Shown: piece by piece, positions 1 to 9,319 of the stretch
Numbering within the stretch: position 1 is the first letter of the stretch
Layout: the number at the start of each line of letters is the position of its first letter
Assembly: GCA_049646405.1 (NCBI GenBank)
Contig: JBARVT010000223.1
Span: 1 to 36,419 of the forward strand
Direction: 5' to 3'
Length of the DNA stretch: 36,419 nt
Origin: Alteraurantiacibacter sp.
GTDB taxonomy: Bacteria; Pseudomonadota; Alphaproteobacteria; Sphingomonadales; Sphingomonadaceae
Program-made: the position numbers and the translations under genes
The notes under the pieces: model-generated
The model's input: only the letters and a program-made list of their open reading frames with translations
Database searches by the model: none
Told to the model about the DNA's origin: nothing

Positions 1-232
1 GACGTGGCCCCTTGAACATGCCGGCAATCAGCACGCCGAGCACAACACCACCGGCAGCAGAGGCGATCGGATGTTTCTTCACGAAGTCGGTAAAGGCTTC
101 ACCGGCGTTGCTGGCGGATTCGGTAGCGCGCTCGGTCAGGCTACGTTCGTTCTTCTCGGCTTCGCGCGCTTCGGCAGCGGCGATGCGAGCTTTGATCTCT
201 TCGCGTTTTTCCTGGGTCGTCGGGGCATTCAT
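1..232 (-). CDS. Hypothetical DUF883/YqjD-like membrane-anchored protein (3' end outside window)
   Basis: Not in the ORF track; translated by hand. ATG at 232 with GGAG RBS: MNAPTTQEKREEIKARIAAAEARE...DFVKKHPIASAAGGVVLGVLIAGMFKGPR, a charged helix followed by a VKKHP+TM segment typical of YqjD/ElaB-like proteins. Confidence 0.7.
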   Translation of the reverse strand, partial: MNAPTTQEKREEIKARIAAAEAREAEKNERSLTERATESASNAGEAFTDFVKKHPIASAAGGVVLGVLIAGMFKGPR

Positions 233-266
233 ACAGGTATCTCCGTAAAGTCGTGTTCGTGGAACG

Positions 267-292
267 AACGGCGGGTGGCCCGTGTTTGTTCC
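267..292 (-). promoter_or_regulatory. EcfG/sigmaT-type general stress promoter GGAAC-N17-CGTT
   Basis: Minus strand reads GGAAC aaacacgggccacccgc CGTT, about 35 nt upstream of the ATG at 232; exact match to the alphaproteobacterial EcfG consensus. Confidence 0.75.
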
Positions 293-324
293 GGTCGATG
301 CGCGAAGGCGCGCCCCGCGCGCGG

Positions 325-621
325 TCAGCGGTGGCGAAGCTCTTCCACGAACTCGGAAATCGCATCGCGAAACACGTAGACCAGCGCCAGCATCAGCCCA
401 AGGGCAGCAGCGCTCAGTAGTGTTTCGGAATTTTCGCGCGCAAACTCCTGCCCATCGTCAGCAAGCCCTTCGGCACCGTCGCGCACGCGGTGCACAAAAC
501 GCGCGCCTAGTCCCTCTTCCTCGACATCGCCGCGCAAGTTCTCGACATCGCGTTCGAGCAGGCGTTTCGCCGTGTCGCGCAGCAGGCGATCCTCTTCAAG
601 TTGCGCACGGGAATCAGTCAT
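325..621 (-). CDS. Hypothetical small membrane protein (coiled coil plus C-terminal TM)
   Basis: 98-aa ORF overlapping the stop of the upstream gene; hydrophobic segment LLSAAALGLMLALVYVF. Confidence 0.75.
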   Translation of the reverse strand: MTDSRAQLEEDRLLRDTAKRLLERDVENLRGDVEEEGLGARFVHRVRDGAEGLADDGQEFARENSETLLSAAALGLMLALVYVFRDAISEFVEELRHR

Positions 622-1081
622 GCGACATCTCTTTTTCCTCGGGGCTCATCGCCGCGGACATTTCGCGAAATGCCTCCTGCGCGCGCCGTACCAGCAGGTA
701 CGCCACCAGCAGCATGGCGAGTACAACGACTGCGGTTGCGCCCCACGCCGTGATGAGCGGGGTGAGCGCGATGATCAGCCCGACCGTCAGTCCGACGGCC
801 GCGAGGATGCCGAAGAACGCGGCGACGATTCCGAATGCGATCCCCATCTTGGCGCGATTGGCGACAAAGCCCGCGCGGCTCTTCTGGTAACTCAGTTCCG
901 CATCGAGATACGTCTTCGTATCAGAAAACAGCGCCCCTAGGTCGTCAGACAGCGAACGACGCTCGCCGCCTTGCAGGTGGTCCTGCGGGGCGGCGATCGT
1001 GTCTTCTATTTGCGGGTCCGCAAATCGGGCCTCGCCATCATACGGGGAACGGACGAGCGCGTCGTCCTCTTGCAAAGCCAC
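614..1081 (-). CDS. YqjE-like / phage-holin-3_6 family membrane protein
   Basis: RSLSDDLGALFSDTKTYLDAEL followed by two TM helices ending in WGATAVVV; located downstream of a YqjD-like gene. Confidence 0.75.
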   Translation of the reverse strand: MALQEDDALVRSPYDGEARFADPQIEDTIAAPQDHLQGGERRSLSDDLGALFSDTKTYLDAELSYQKSRAGFVANRAKMGIAFGIVAAFFGILAAVGLTVGLIIALTPLITAWGATAVVVLAMLLVAYLLVRRAQEAFREMSAAMSPEEKEMSHD

Positions 1082-1087
1082 CTGATC

Positions 1088-1654
1088 TTAGCGGAACAGG
1101 CGGGCGAAAAAGAAGCCGACGACGGCTGCGAGGCCGACTGCGGTCGCCGGGCTCTTGCGGATCGCTTCGCGCGAATCTTCGGCCAGTTCGTCGAGGCTCT
1201 TCTCATCGAGCTTGCGCGCATTCTCCTGAAGGGTGCGCGAAGCCGAGCGGGCATAATCGCCGTATTTCGCACCCAGCTTCTCGTCGACGGTCGCCGTGTT
1301 CTCATCAATCATGCGCGAAAGGCCGGACAGCGCTTCGGACGCCTTGTGCTTGCCATCCACTGCAAGCTCGCTCGCCTTCATCTTTGCGTCGGCGGACCAT
1401 TCGTCGCCGCGCACCTTGGCATCTTCGCGATACTTTCCGGCACGGACCTTTGCCTCATCGCCCAGCGCCGCGGCGCCCGCCTTGGCTTCATCCAAAGCGG
1501 AATTGAACCGCGATTTTGCCTCGGTGGTGCGCGGGTTCGGCGCGTCCGTAGTTGTATCGAAACCGGTGTCGACTGTTTCGGTCCCGGTCTGGTTGGCAGC
1601 GACGGTGGCCGTGGTCGGCTGTGTCTCGTTGGTGGTCGGTTTAATCTCGGCCAT
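1088..1654 (-). CDS. DUF883/ElaB/YqjD-like stress protein
   Basis: Probable start MAEIKP at 1654 with a purine-rich RBS (GGAAAGGGAA); Ala/Lys/Glu-rich helix; C-terminal IRKSPATAVGLAAVVGFFFARLFR tail anchor. Confidence 0.75.
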   Translation of the reverse strand: MAEIKPTTNETQPTTATVAANQTGTETVDTGFDTTTDAPNPRTTEAKSRFNSALDEAKAGAAALGDEAKVRAGKYREDAKVRGDEWSADAKMKASELAVDGKHKASEALSGLSRMIDENTATVDEKLGAKYGDYARSASRTLQENARKLDEKSLDELAEDSREAIRKSPATAVGLAAVVGFFFARLFR

Positions 1655-1749
1655 GCTGTTCCCTTTCCGTATAGAGAGGCTCTGTTCCCTCATCAAATTC
1701 GTCCCGGTGATTGTATTATGGATACAACACACCGGCGTTCAAGGGAGTC

Positions 1750-1774
1750 AACGCATGTTGCAGTGCAAGGTTCC
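1750..1774 (-). promoter_or_regulatory. EcfG/sigmaT-type general stress promoter GGAAC-N16-CGTT
   Basis: Minus strand GGAAC cttgcactgcaacatg CGTT, about 95 nt upstream of the 1654 start. Confidence 0.75.
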
Positions 1775-1802
1775 GCATTCTAGGAGCGCGGGCGAACACT
1801 GA

Positions 1803-3101
<1,299 letters not shown>

Positions 3102-3185
3102 GGTTTCTGGCCATCAGCGGGGCAGTTATGTCCTTGTCTGACCGGTTTCTGTCCATCTCGGCAGCTACCCGAATTATTGCACTAC

Positions 3186-3201
3186 TCACACTCTAATGTG
3201 A
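3186..3201. promoter_or_regulatory. Palindrome TCACA-N6-TGTGA downstream of ribH (candidate operator)
   Basis: TCACACTCTAATGTGA; 14/16 identical to the reverse complement of the palindrome at 4897-4912. Confidence 0.45.
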
Positions 3202-3207
3202 CGAGTA

Positions 3208-3627
3208 TCAGGCGAACTGCTCTCGCAGCTCCAGCATCCGCACTGCCGCCTGGGCTGCTTCGCCGCCCTTGTTCTTCTGCGCCGGGTCTGCGCGGACGAG
3301 GGCCTGCGCTTCGTTTTCGGTTGTCAGGATGCCGTTGCCGATGGCAATGCCGTCCATCGTCAAAGCCATTATCGCCCGCGCGCTTTCGCCTGCGACGATC
3401 TCGAAATGATAGGTTTCCCCACGGATCACGACGCCGACGGCGATGAAGCCGTCATACCGGCCGCTTTCCGCCGCGAGCGCGATTGCGCCCGGTATTTCGA
3501 GTGCACCGGGGACGGTAACAACCTCGACGCCATGGCCAGCTATATCCAGCGCGGCGCGAGCGCCCTCGATCAGCAGGTCGTTGAGATGGCTGTAAAAACG
3601 CGCTTCGACGATGAGGAACTGAGCCAA
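3208..3627 (-). CDS. ribH: 6,7-dimethyl-8-ribityllumazine synthase
   Basis: Probable TTG start at 3627 ([11 protein letters not shown]); [27 protein letters not shown] and NKGGEAA motifs. Confidence 0.96.
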   Translation of the reverse strand: MAQFLIVEARFYSHLNDLLIEGARAALDIAGHGVEVVTVPGALEIPGAIALAAESGRYDGFIAVGVVIRGETYHFEIVAGESARAIMALTMDGIAIGNGILTTENEAQALVRADPAQKNKGGEAAQAAVRMLELREQFA

Positions 3628-3631
3628 GGGC

Positions 3632-4882
3632 TTACTCCGGAATGGGATGGTGTCCAACGATGTTGAGGCCGTAGCCTTCGATCGCGACGACATTGGGTTG
3701 CGAATTGGTGAGCAGGATCATGTCATGCACTCCGAGGTCGGCCAGGATTTGCGAGCCGATACCGACATTGCGGAGCTCGTCGTCCGCGCTCCAGTCCGAC
3801 TTCGCGCCGACCCTGCCGGTGAGGATGACGATTGCGCCCGAACCGTGCTCGCCCACCGCCTGCATCGCGCGCTGGAGCGTACGCTTGCGCGGCCCCGGCT
3901 CGCCCAGCACATCGTCGAAGACGGAGATGGGGTGGACGCGAGCGAGGGTGGGCTCGCCTTCCACCACATGGCCCTTCTGCAAAACGTAGGCTTCGTTGTC
4001 GGAAACGGTGTTGCGATAGGTCGTCAGGCGCCACTGCCCGCCGTAATCGGAAGTGAAGGCGCGTTCCTCGCCCCGCTCGACGAGGTGGTCATTACGCATG
4101 CGATAAGCGATGAGATCGCGGATCGTGCCGATTTTGAGGCCATGCTTGCGGGCGAAGCCGACCAGGTCGTCGAGCCGCGCCATCGAGCCGTCTTCGTTCA
4201 TGATTTCGCAGATCACGCCACTCGGGTTAAGCCCCGCGAGGCGGCTGATATCGACCGCCGCCTCGGTATGTCCGGCGCGCACAAGCACGCCGCCCTTGCG
4301 CGCGGTGAGGGGGAAGACGTGGCCCGGCGTGACGATGTCGTCCGGCCCCTTGGAGCTGTCGATCGCGACCGATATCGTGCGCGCCCTGTCCGCAGCGGAA
4401 ATGCCGGTGGTGACGCCTTTCTTCGCCTCGATGGAGATAGTAAAGGCGGTCTGCATGCTTTCGCGATTGTTGCGGCTCATTGGCTCGAGGCCGAGCTGTG
4501 CAACGCGCGCGGGATCGAGCGAAAGGCAGATAAGGCCGCGCCCGTGTGTTGCCATGAAGTTGATCGCGGCGGGGGTTGCCATCTGCGCGGGGATAATGAG
4601 ATCCCCCTCGTTCTCGCGGTCCTCGTCGTCGACGAGGACGTACATTCGGCCGTTGCGAGCCTCGTCGATGATTTCCTCGATCCCGACCAGCACCGGCGTG
4701 TTGTCGGTTTCGGTCAGGAACCGGTCGAGCTTGCCCAGCGTCTCCGCCGTGGGGTTCCAGCCCAGCTCGGTGCAGTCGCGCAAAGTATTCGCGTGGAGAC
4801 CCGACGCGCGTGCCAAGCCCGCCTTGGTCAATCTGCCGGAACCGATGATTTCGCGTACGCGAGAAATGATAATCTGGCTCAT
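3632..4882 (-). CDS. ribB: 3,4-dihydroxy-2-butanone-4-phosphate synthase with N-terminal HTH and degenerate C-terminal GTP cyclohydrolase II-like domain (RibBX type)
   Basis: [47 protein letters not shown]. The C-domain [15 protein letters not shown] lacks the Zn-binding cysteines. N-terminal [18 protein letters not shown]...[11 protein letters not shown] is HTH-like. Probable start MSQIII at 4882. Confidence 0.95.
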   Translation of the reverse strand: MSQIIISRVREIIGSGRLTKAGLARASGLHANTLRDCTELGWNPTAETLGKLDRFLTETDNTPVLVGIEEIIDEARNGRMYVLVDDEDRENEGDLIIPAQMATPAAINFMATHGRGLICLSLDPARVAQLGLEPMSRNNRESMQTAFTISIEAKKGVTTGISAADRARTISVAIDSSKGPDDIVTPGHVFPLTARKGGVLVRAGHTEAAVDISRLAGLNPSGVICEIMNEDGSMARLDDLVGFARKHGLKIGTIRDLIAYRMRNDHLVERGEERAFTSDYGGQWRLTTYRNTVSDNEAYVLQKGHVVEGEPTLARVHPISVFDDVLGEPGPRKRTLQRAMQAVGEHGSGAIVILTGRVGAKSDWSADDELRNVGIGSQILADLGVHDMILLTNSQPNVVAIEGYGLNIVGHHPIPE

Positions 4883-4895
4883 TGCTCGCCCGATA

Positions 4896-4913
4896 ATCAC
4901 ATTGCAGTGTGAT
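4896..4913. promoter_or_regulatory. 18-bp near-perfect palindrome upstream of ribB (candidate operator)
   Basis: ATCACATTGCAGTGTGAT, 14-31 nt upstream of the ribB start; only one mismatched pair. Confidence 0.55.
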
Positions 4914-5175
4914 GGCAATAGCAACGCTTTAAAGTAGAATCGCGCTCTGACTCTCTTTCGCTTGATGGGGGAAAAGCAGTTGGAGAACATTGACCTGTGA
5001 CGAATGGCGAACGTCCGGTGAATCCGAGACGAAATGCGTCAAATCCGTCCCGTTCGTGCGATCTTGCCTGCGCCCCCGAAAAAGTTCGAGCGGTTTCGAA
5101 TGCAAATTTGCAGGCTTGCCAAAACCTGTAGCAATCGGCGTTATCAAGGCGCCGGACCCATTCCCCCGCGCCCGG

Positions 5176-6144
5176 TCAATCGGCGAATGCTCGCTCTCGC
5201 AGTGTAAGCAGGTGGCCCGGCCAGCTTGGCCCGCGTTCGGCGGGGAGATACATTTCGATCTCGCGCTCAACTAGTCGCGCCCGTGCCTCTTGCGAGGGAT
5301 ATACGAAGCTGAAGCTGAGTCCCCCTGCGGCGTTTGAGCGCCAATAGTCCGGAACTATCGCGGGATCGTAGCCGGCATTTGCCAACAGGTGGGCAGAGAG
5401 CCGGTCTGCCTCGATCTCGGCTTGGCGGTTGACCTGCTGGTTGCGTCCGAGTTCCGCGAGTGCGCCATTATCGATACCGGCATCTTCCTTGCGGCGGCGG
5501 TGTTCGAGCACGGCATGAGCCAGTTCATGGCCTAGGACAACGGCCAACTGCTCATCCTCGAGACTTTCGGCAAAGCGGTATCCTACCTGGATCACGCGCC
5601 CGTCCGATTGCGCTCGAAAATCCGCTTGGGTGACAATCTCTACCAGCAAATGGCAACCCGCTGGCGGAGCGAGGTTTGCGGTAGTCTCAACCCCGGCTCG
5701 ACGATAACGAAGCGTGAGGCTTTGTCCCGTCGATTGTCGGGATAATACTTCGAACGCGGCCTCTCGCAGATTGCCGCGGCCGACCGAAAGGACCGAAGGC
5801 AGAGGCGTATCTCCGATCGCAACTATAGCATCGTCGCGCTGGAGTCCGGCACGATCCGCCGCGGAATGCGGCAAGACGGACGAGACCGCGACTGGCCCAT
5901 CAATGAAGCGAGCATCGGCAACGCCTGTCCGATACTGGTCGTAGCTGTGCAGAATGAGCCCTGTCACCGGCATGGTCCGCCTGCACAGGCCCGCATTGGC
6001 TACCATTAGGCGATCCGCGATCTGGGCAAGGCGAATGTCCTGCCGTTCCAGCGGACCGAACCGCGCGGCTTCCTGCGCCATAGCACGAGCAACTGGCATA
6101 AACAGGGCAAGGGTCAGCAGGAGGAGGGAAACCACACGGTGCAT
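5176..6144 (-). CDS. Exported M48-family Zn metallopeptidase with PDZ domain
   Basis: Signal peptide MHRVVSLLLLTLALFMPVARAMA; PDZ-like SVLPHSAADRAGLQRDDAIVAIG; LAVVLGHELAH (HExxH) and EIEADRL...AGYDP. Confidence 0.88.
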   Translation of the reverse strand: MHRVVSLLLLTLALFMPVARAMAQEAARFGPLERQDIRLAQIADRLMVANAGLCRRTMPVTGLILHSYDQYRTGVADARFIDGPVAVSSVLPHSAADRAGLQRDDAIVAIGDTPLPSVLSVGRGNLREAAFEVLSRQSTGQSLTLRYRRAGVETTANLAPPAGCHLLVEIVTQADFRAQSDGRVIQVGYRFAESLEDEQLAVVLGHELAHAVLEHRRRKEDAGIDNGALAELGRNQQVNRQAEIEADRLSAHLLANAGYDPAIVPDYWRSNAAGGLSFSFVYPSQEARARLVEREIEMYLPAERGPSWPGHLLTLRERAFAD

Positions 6145-6696
6145 CTGCGAACCATGCCGCCGAAAGCGAAGCCAAGCAAATGGTGAAGGGATATAACATG
6201 GCGGACTCACCAGGCTCTAACCCAGATCCCGCTGATCTAAAGTCAGTCATTGCGCTCGATCTCAACGAGGACGGGCCAATCGATTGGTAGAACCTGCTTG
6301 AAGCCAAAATGACCAACTCCCTTGGAGTGCGCGAGATTACAAAGAGGGGTCCACTGCCAGCAAACCTTTAGCGGACATCACCGTTCGTGGCGGGAAATGC
6401 TCGGGAAAGACGCTGGCCGGGTGGCGAACTGGTAACTCGCGGCTGATCCGCGCCCTGTACTGCTTTCCATTGGTCGAATGGCGGATGATGTCAGGGACGC
6501 GCTGCAGCCGCTGGACATGCTGGCTCGGCTGGCTGCGCAGCAGGATGGCCGGCATAACGAAAAGGCCATTCCCAACGGGTTCGGCCGCTTTGATCGTGAA
6601 ACGGGCAAGTCTGCGGGTTCGTGTCGTTGGTAAACAGACGTAAAACCTTCTCCGAAATTAACCATTTAGATACGGGTTTCTACGTAATTCGCGGGC

Positions 6697-7671
6697 ATGA
6701 CGCATGCTCACCTAAAAATCGGTTTCGCTTTCGCGACCGTCATCGCCGCCGGGATCGCCGCACCTGCCTATGCGCAGAGCGTCGATGCCGGAACCATCAT
6801 CCAGAACACCGCTCAGGCGACATACACGACGCCTGACGGTCCTACGACGATTACGTCGAACACGGTCGAGCTGACCGTCGACGAGTTACTGGACGTCACG
6901 CTGACTTCGCTCGATGGTGGGGCGATTTCGGCAACGCCGGGCACCGAAACCCTGATCTTCGAACTGACCAATACCGGCAACGGGCCGGAAGCCTTTACGC
7001 TCACCGCAAACCCCGCAGTGGTGGGCAACGATTTTGACACCACGATCGACAGCATTGCCATCGATAGCAACGGCAATGGCGTTTACGATCCTGGCGTTGA
7101 CGAAATTCTGACGGGTCCGGAGACTACCCGCCTGCTCGACGCCGGTGAGGCCATCACCGTTTTCGTCAATGTCATCGTGCCCGACACCGTTGCCGACGGC
7201 GAGCAGAGCGATATCGAGCTAACTGCGGATGCGGTCACAGGCACCGGCGCGCCAGGCGATACTTTCCCGGGCCAGGGTGAAGGCGGCGTCGATGCCGTCG
7301 TTGGCAGCACCGGCGCGACAGCCACCGCTACCGGATCGCTGATCGCCGGAATTACCTCGGTAGAACTCATCAAGACGCAAAGCGTTGTCGATCCCTTTGG
7401 TGGTAACACGGTCGTACCCGGGTCGATCGTGACTTACACGATCACCGCGAACGTCTCGGGCAGCGGCTCGATCGACGACTTCATCATCACCGACGCCATT
7501 CCCACAGGAACGACATATTCGGCCGAAACCATCACGCTGGGCGGTTCTTCGCTGACGGATGCCAGCGGCGACGATTCGGGCGAAGCGGATGCGGCGGGCA
7601 TCACGGTCGATCTTGGCATCGTCGCTGCCCCAAGCAGTCAGGATATCACTTTTCAGGTGATAGTCGAATGA
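6697..7671 (+). CDS. Secreted DUF11-type protein, putative pilin (N-terminal donor strands plus C-terminal incomplete DUF11 domain)
   Basis: Sec signal ending APAYA. N-terminus AGTIIQNTAQATY..ITSNTVELTV. Ca-loop-like DSNGNGVYDPGVD. C-terminus LIKT..VVPGSIVTYTIT..ITDAIPTGTTY..ITFQVIVE-stop. Confidence 0.8.
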   Translation: MTHAHLKIGFAFATVIAAGIAAPAYAQSVDAGTIIQNTAQATYTTPDGPTTITSNTVELTVDELLDVTLTSLDGGAISATPGTETLIFELTNTGNGPEAFTLTANPAVVGNDFDTTIDSIAIDSNGNGVYDPGVDEILTGPETTRLLDAGEAITVFVNVIVPDTVADGEQSDIELTADAVTGTGAPGDTFPGQGEGGVDAVVGSTGATATATGSLIAGITSVELIKTQSVVDPFGGNTVVPGSIVTYTITANVSGSGSIDDFIITDAIPTGTTYSAETITLGGSSLTDASGDDSGEADAAGITVDLGIVAAPSSQDITFQVIVE

Positions 7672-7703
7672 TCCTCAAGAATCAGCTACAAGAGATTGCA
7701 ATA

Positions 7704-8180
7704 ATGAGAAAACTAAAGATATTCTATTCGGCCTTGCTCCTTGCTTCATCGCCTGCCGCGATGGCGCAGGATGCAGCCGAACCGATCACGCTGGAGGCCG
7801 ATGTGAAGGCCGTCGTGGAAACGGTGGACGCAAACGGTGCGAAGCAGGTCGAACTCGTCGAGCCCGACACGATCGTTCCCGGCGACCGCCTTGTCTTCGG
7901 CACCAACTATGTGAACAGCGGCGCCGAGCCCATCGAGAATTTCAGGATGACCAATCCACTGCCGGCACCCGTGCGCCTTGCGCCCGATGCCGATGCCGAT
8001 CTGGTCGTATCGGTCGATGGTGGTAAGAGCTGGGGTCGCCTCGCCGAACTGACGGCCGCCGGAGAAGACGGCACCGTGCGTCCGGCCGAGCATCGTGACG
8101 TGACCCATATCCGGTGGACGCTGGCCGTCGTCGAACCCGGCGCAAGCGGCCGTCTGGAATATCCCGCAATCATTCGCTGA
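7704..8180 (+). CDS. Small exported degenerate DUF11-like protein
   Basis: Probable start MRKLKIF at 7704 (ORF open from 7668); signal ending PAAMA; IVPGDRLVFGTNYVNSG..MTNPLP..VSVDGGKSWG..DVTHIRWTL..PGASGRLEYPAIIR. Confidence 0.78.
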   Translation: MRKLKIFYSALLLASSPAAMAQDAAEPITLEADVKAVVETVDANGAKQVELVEPDTIVPGDRLVFGTNYVNSGAEPIENFRMTNPLPAPVRLAPDADADLVVSVDGGKSWGRLAELTAAGEDGTVRPAEHRDVTHIRWTLAVVEPGASGRLEYPAIIR

Positions 8181-8249
8181 CAAGCGACCGTTAACCGCCG
8201 AGCCCCGCGGGCGGCATTTTTCGCGGGCACCTAATCAAGGACGAGAACA

Positions 8250-9284
8250 ATGGGAAGCACCAGGTATCTGCTGGGGGCTGTGGGCGTCGTCGCGCTCGCC
8301 GGCTTTGCGGCACCTGCGATGGCTCAGGAGACCAAAGCAGGGGAATTCATCACCAACACGGTCACCGTCGACTTCAGGGTCGGCGGAGTCCAGCAAACGG
8401 CCGTGCGGGACAGCGATACGTTCGTGGTCGATCGCAAAATCGACGTCATCGTGGCGGCCGTTGGCGCATCGGCCAACGTATCGTCGGGCGAGGATTTGAT
8501 CGTTCGCGAATTCACCGTGACCAACTTGTCGAATGCCACGGTGGGCTATCAGCTTACCTTCGAGGCGACTGGCGACTATGTGCCTGAAAACCCGATCATC
8601 TTCATCGATGCCAACGGCAACGGAACCTACGACGCCGGTGAGGAAGTCACCTTTCTCGAAGCGTTGGCGCAGGACGAGACGGTCAGCGTGCTCGTGCAGT
8701 TCGATGTGCCCGCCGATACGCCGAATGGCGCTACGGTGGACGTGGTCCTCGTTGCCAATGCCTACGAAGCGAACGATCCGACGACCGAGATCTTCGCCGA
8801 CACCGATCCGGACGACCCCGCGACGGTGCAGACCGTGCTGGCCGACGGCATCGGCATCGCCGGTATCGACGCCGAATACGAAGGCGACCACGCCGATGCG
8901 CATTCGGTAACAGTGAACGCCGCCGACATGAGCGTCGAGAAGTTCAGCACCGTGATCTGGGATCCTGTGAACTTCACGACCAACCCCAAGGCCATTCCAG
9001 GCGCGCGCGTGCAATATTGCATCGCAGTGACTAATGCCGCCGGTGCGACCACGGCCACCAGTGTCATCGTGAACGACGACCTGCCGCTGGAAGTGACGTT
9101 CTATCCCGACGCCTACGGCACGACTGGTGATGTCATCGTCGACGGCAGCCTTTCGGGCGGCGTGTGTACGGGCGGTACGGAAGTGGACGGTTACACCGCG
9201 GCCGATACCACCGTGAACGAGAGCCTCTCGGACATTCCGGGCGGCACCACGCGCACGCTCTACTTCACGGTCGAGATCAATTGA
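8250..9284 (+). CDS. Secreted DUF11-type protein, putative major pilin (donor plus acceptor)
   Basis: AAGGA RBS; signal ending APAMA. N-terminus TKAGEFITNTVTVDF. DANGNGTYDAGEE loop. C-terminus VEKFS..DPV..KAIPGARVQYCIAVTN..VNDDLP..TLYFTVEIN-stop. Confidence 0.82.
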   Translation: MGSTRYLLGAVGVVALAGFAAPAMAQETKAGEFITNTVTVDFRVGGVQQTAVRDSDTFVVDRKIDVIVAAVGASANVSSGEDLIVREFTVTNLSNATVGYQLTFEATGDYVPENPIIFIDANGNGTYDAGEEVTFLEALAQDETVSVLVQFDVPADTPNGATVDVVLVANAYEANDPTTEIFADTDPDDPATVQTVLADGIGIAGIDAEYEGDHADAHSVTVNAADMSVEKFSTVIWDPVNFTTNPKAIPGARVQYCIAVTNAAGATTATSVIVNDDLPLEVTFYPDAYGTTGDVIVDGSLSGGVCTGGTEVDGYTAADTTVNESLSDIPGGTTRTLYFTVEIN

Positions 9285-9319
9285 TTCGGCCGGGACGACC
9301 GGATTGACCGGATTCTGAC

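Noticed and set aside
614..1081. Prophage implied by a holin-family gene
   Set aside because: YqjE-type family in a stress operon; no phage genes nearby.
3647..4912. 421-aa plus-strand ORF
   Set aside because: Antisense shadow of ribB; no motifs, typical of high-GC codon bias.
4883..5175. FMN riboswitch upstream of ribB
   Set aside because: None of the conserved RFN segments recognised on the minus strand; an Infernal scan would be decisive.
6211..6696. c-di-GMP riboswitch or small ORFs upstream of the DUF11 operon
   Set aside because: GCAAACC near 6360 lacks the following GAAA-loop stem and second GCAAA; the short ORFs have no RBS or recognisable motifs.
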